Positions 56,101 to 60,000 of a stretch of 60,000 nt of DNA are shown one piece after another; within the stretch, counting starts at the first letter, position 1; every line of letters begins with the position of its first letter. The stretch lies in NCBI GenBank assembly GCA_044892525.1, contig CM097885.1, positions 40,364,001 through 40,424,000 on the forward strand, in the 5' to 3' direction. A program made the position numbers and the translations under genes. Under the pieces are notes generated by a model. The model ran no database searches. It saw only the letters and a program-made list of their open reading frames with translations, and was not told where the DNA came from. The stretch comes from Schmidtea polychroa. Taxonomy: Eukaryota.

Positions 56101-56289
56101 AAACAGATCAGAAAATATTGAGCAACCACATATTGGGTTATATGATAATCAAAGAGAACAATTGACAGAATTGAGAAATAATATTGAAATTAGAATCCCA
56201 GGTGAAAATGGTAATTGTCATTGTGTTCCAAGGAAAACTTATGGATGTTACGGGTTAGAACTTGACGATATATTAGAAGGATTAAATGA

Positions 56290-56600
56290 AGCAAGGCCTA
56301 AATTACAAATAGTGATAAATAATACGATAATAAAGGCATTATGTGACACAGGAACAGCAGCTTCTATGATTCGTGAAGATCAGTTAACCGAAAATCAAAA
56401 GAAAAATATCGTGAGTACAAGAGATAGAGTAATTTCATTATCATCACATTACATACATTTAAAAGGCGATATTGAATTAACAGTCCACTTTCAGATCAAG
56501 TAGTTGAACATGTCTTCAAGGTAGTAGCAGAATGTAAATGCGTATGTGTCCTTGGGATGGACATACTCAAAAAGTTAAAAAAACTGTGTAATCGATTTAA
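56290..56600 (+). pseudogene. Retroviral-type aspartic protease
   Basis: IKALCDTGTAASMI, VLGMDIL. Confidence 0.85.
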
Positions 56601-57129
56601 CGGATAGTACAGTCAAACGGAAAGCAATATATCAAGATGCAAGATTTACTGAGGTAATTGCATTAGAGACATTCGAACTAGAATATCAAAGTGATCATAT
56701 AATTCCAGTAAAAGTTAATGTTAAAAGTGAGGACACTTTCATTTTCGAGCCTGAAACGGCAATATCACGAAATCATAATATAATGTTAACAGACGAGTGT
56801 GTAATTCCAAATAATGGGATAATTCTAATAATAATCGCGAATTACGAAAGAAATAAAGTAAAAATTCATAAAGTTACAAAATTGGGAAAGTTGTTCAGAG
56901 GCGAATTAGAGCAAACATTTGAAGTATGTGAGATGTCGATGACGAGTGATGTCAGTGAAAGTATGGTCGAACAGAGTTGAGCGAATAATATTAAATTTTA
57001 TGATAAAATTAAAATAAATAATAATTATTTAAACGAAACACAACAACTACAACTACAAATATTACTTGACGAATATAGTGATGTTTTTGCAAAACACGAA
57101 TTTGATTTAGGAGATACTGATATTATCAA

Positions 57130-58480
57130 ACATTTGATTGATACAGGGAATGCTAGACCAATAAAACAGAGACCCTATAGTGTACCATATAAACTGAGGG
57201 AGGAAATAAAACGACAAATTAAAGAATTAAAAGAGGCAGGCGTAATAAAACAAAGTTTTTCACAATGAGCATCACCTATTGTACCAGTTAGAAAGAAAGA
57301 CGGGGAAATTCGAATGTGCATTGATTATCGTAAATTAAATGACGTAACAGTAAAAGACTCATACCCATTCCCAAAGGCACAAGAACAATATGATAAACTT
57401 AGAGACACTAAATATTTTACAGTAATAGATGCAAATAAAGGGTACATGCAGATTCAAATGGAAGAGGGAGATGCGGAAAAGACAGCTTTTGTGATAGAAG
57501 ATGGGTTATATGAATACACGAGATTACCTTTAGGGTTAACTAATGCGCCAGCAACATTTCAACGTTTAATGAATACAGTATTAGTAGACGTACAACATTG
57601 CGCAGTATATATGGATGATATATTAATTTCATCAAAAACATTCAGGGAACATCTAAAAGATACAGCTAACGTACTAGAAAGATTAAGAAAAGCTAAAATC
57701 AAAATAAAACCCACTAAATGTAAATGGGCAGAACCTTCAGCATTAGTTTTAGGACATATAGTCACAGTAGATGGTATAATACCTAATTCCGATAAAATTG
57801 AAGTAGTTAAAAAATTCCCAGTTCCAAAACCATTACAACAAGTACAGGGATTTTTAGGTCTCACAGGATATTATCGTTAATTCATACAAGACTATGCAAA
57901 AATAGCAGCACCACTAATTGAATTAACAAAAGGAGTCAAAACAAAGGGAGAGAGTAAAGGAGTGTTATTAATACAGGAGATTAACGATAAAATTAACAAT
58001 CCACAAAAGAAATGGAAAGATGAACATCAAAAACTTTTCGATCAACTAAAAGAAAAATTAATAACAGCACCGATACTAAGATACCCAGACTTTAAAAGAC
58101 AGTTTATTGTCATGACAGGCGCCAGCGGGAAGGCCGTAGGGGCAGTCTTAGGATAAGAAGAGGAAAAGGGTAGAGATTATGTAATAGCTTATGCAAGCAA
58201 AACATTAAAAGGAGCACAGATTAGGTACTCAACAATTGAGAAAGAATGTTATGCTATAGTTTTTGCATTAAAACAATTTAAACCATATATATATATATAT
58301 ATATATGGAACTGAAGTAGTAATTAGAACAGACCATAAGCCATTAGATGGGTTATGGAAACATAAAGATACATCCAGTAGACTGTTAAAATGGGCAATGA
58401 AAATACAAGACATGCACATAAAGATTGCATACAAACCAGGCAGAATAAACAGGAATGCAGATGCATTATCACGAATTCCA
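57130..58480 (+). pseudogene. Reverse transcriptase and RNase H
   Basis: RMCIDYRKLN, LGLTNAPATFQR, VYMDDILI, FLGLTGYYR, YSTIEKECYAI, TDHKPL, NADALSR. (TA)n insert at ~58286-58306. Confidence 0.92.
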
Positions 58481-58519
58481 GAGTTAGGAGCACTAGAAGT
58501 TTTTGCATTAGTAACTGAA

Positions 58520-59720
58520 AAACCAATAGAAATATATGAAGAACAAATGAAAGACCCAGAACTCTTCAAGATAAGAGAAGAAATAAAAAAGGAAACTAAC
58601 CAAAAATATAAAATCTGTAAGAAGTTAATTGTTATTGAGGATTTTAGCGGTAAACAATTAATAGTAGTACCACAAAGATTAAGACAAATCCTTCTATTAC
58701 AATATCACGATGGTGCTCTAGGAGGTCATTTATCAAGTAGGAAAACAGCAAGCAGATTGATGCAAAAATATTATTGGGACGATTTAAAAAAAGATGTTAA
58801 GAGATGGTGTAATGCATGCACAATATGCGCAACTAGAAAAAATACAGGAACAAAAACTAAAGCACCTTTACATCCAATCCCAGCTACAACATCACCAATG
58901 GAACTGTGCGCAATAAATTTTTTGTGTAAACTACCCACAACAATTAACGGGAATAAGCACATACTAGTTTTTAGCGATTATTTTACAAAATGGGCAGAGG
59001 CATTTCCTACAAAAGATGAAACAGCAGAAACAGTAGCCAAATTACTTGTGGAAAAATAATCTTTAAAATCGGTACACCGAGAAAATTATTAACAGATAAA
59101 GGGAAAAATTTCATGAGTGAAACTATAAAAAGAATAGCTAACATATTTAACATGCATAAAATCAACACACAGCATACCACCCTCAGACTGATGGTTTAGT
59201 AGAGAGATTCAATGGGACATTGCTAAGTAGATTAGCCGTGTTTGTGGGAAAAAACCAAAATTATTGGGATGAATACGTTAATCAATGCACATACATCCAT
59301 AATATCACACCAAATGAGACAACGGAATATTCACCATATTTTCTAATGTTCTTAAGAGACCCTGCAACACCGATTGATACAATTTTTGAGCCTCGAGTAT
59401 CACAATATTTAGATGCGCCAGATTATGTAACATTAATGCAAGAGAGATTACAAGAGGTATATAAAGTTGCAAATTTAAAAGTTAAATTTAGACAAGAACA
59501 GTATAAGGCAGATTACGATAAAAATAGCAAACCTCATAATTTTAAAGTGGGAGATAAGGTTAGACTTATGTCTCCACAAGTAGGTAAAGCAAAACAACTA
59601 AATTAGCAAGACCATTTAAAGGACCATACAAGGTAGTAAAAGTAGTACATGAAAACCTGCATTTACAAAAGCATAAAAATGAGGATCCGATAATAGTACA
59701 TGTTAATAGATGCAAACTAG
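58520..59720 (+). pseudogene. Gypsy integrase (HHCC, catalytic core, GPY/F)
   Basis: YHDGALGGH..CNACTIC, DYFTKWAEAFP, LTDKGKNF, YHPQTDGLVERFN, PFKGPYKV. Confidence 0.9.
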
Positions 59721-60000
59721 CAGAAACAGAGTTAGTAGAAAAACCACCTCACAAATATGGATTACGATCACAAAAAGCACTGATGATGGCAGCGACTTTT
59801 TTAACAATTACAGGGTTATGTAGATCAACTGAAATGGAAAATGAGAGCATACACTCAGTAAGATACATGGCGGAAGATATTTTAATCAACATTTCACCAT
59901 ATAAGATTAAAGTATATAACTTGAATAAATCACCAATAAGAGACTTATATCTAGAAACTGGGGACAATATACCCAAGCTTATGAAAAAAATTGAGAATAG

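Noticed and set aside
56640..56920. dUTPase-like segment after the protease
   Set aside because: Degenerate spacer common in Gypsy pol; no catalytic motifs visible

Overview
AT-rich eukaryotic DNA with (AAT)n and (TA)n tracts and very short GT-AG introns. The composition is planarian-like, but this is an inference only. The window is almost entirely nested mobile elements. The centre (~10.8-47.9 kb) is a decayed Polinton/Maverick (adintovirus-like) element 'A' with an integrase-chromodomain tail, minor capsid, small core protein, major capsid, adenain protease, protein-primed PolB and a right terminus ...CATACTACT. Two giant palindromic elements with AGTAG termini and exact 6-bp target-site duplications have inserted into A. 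Element B (13733-23841, TSD GTTACC) splits the major capsid gene. It has ~4.1-kb inverted arms and encodes only a pPolB, whose gene appears to carry six 41-53 nt introns, all phase 1. Element C (25254-43414, TSD GTTGTA) splits A's pPolB. It has ~8.6-8.8-kb inverted arms around a 740-bp spacer, dense AP-1-like and NR5A-like motif arrays, and only a small RING-finger ORF per arm. Removing either insert restores the host reading frame. The right end holds a hAT transposase remnant and a large Ty3/Gypsy element. That element's single polyprotein runs Gag - ubiquitin-like domain - chuvirus-like glycoprotein - protease - RT - RNase H - integrase - extension. The left end holds an intronless DEDDh exonuclease ORF, an LTR, a Tc1/IS630 fragment and an unassigned block of orphan genes.
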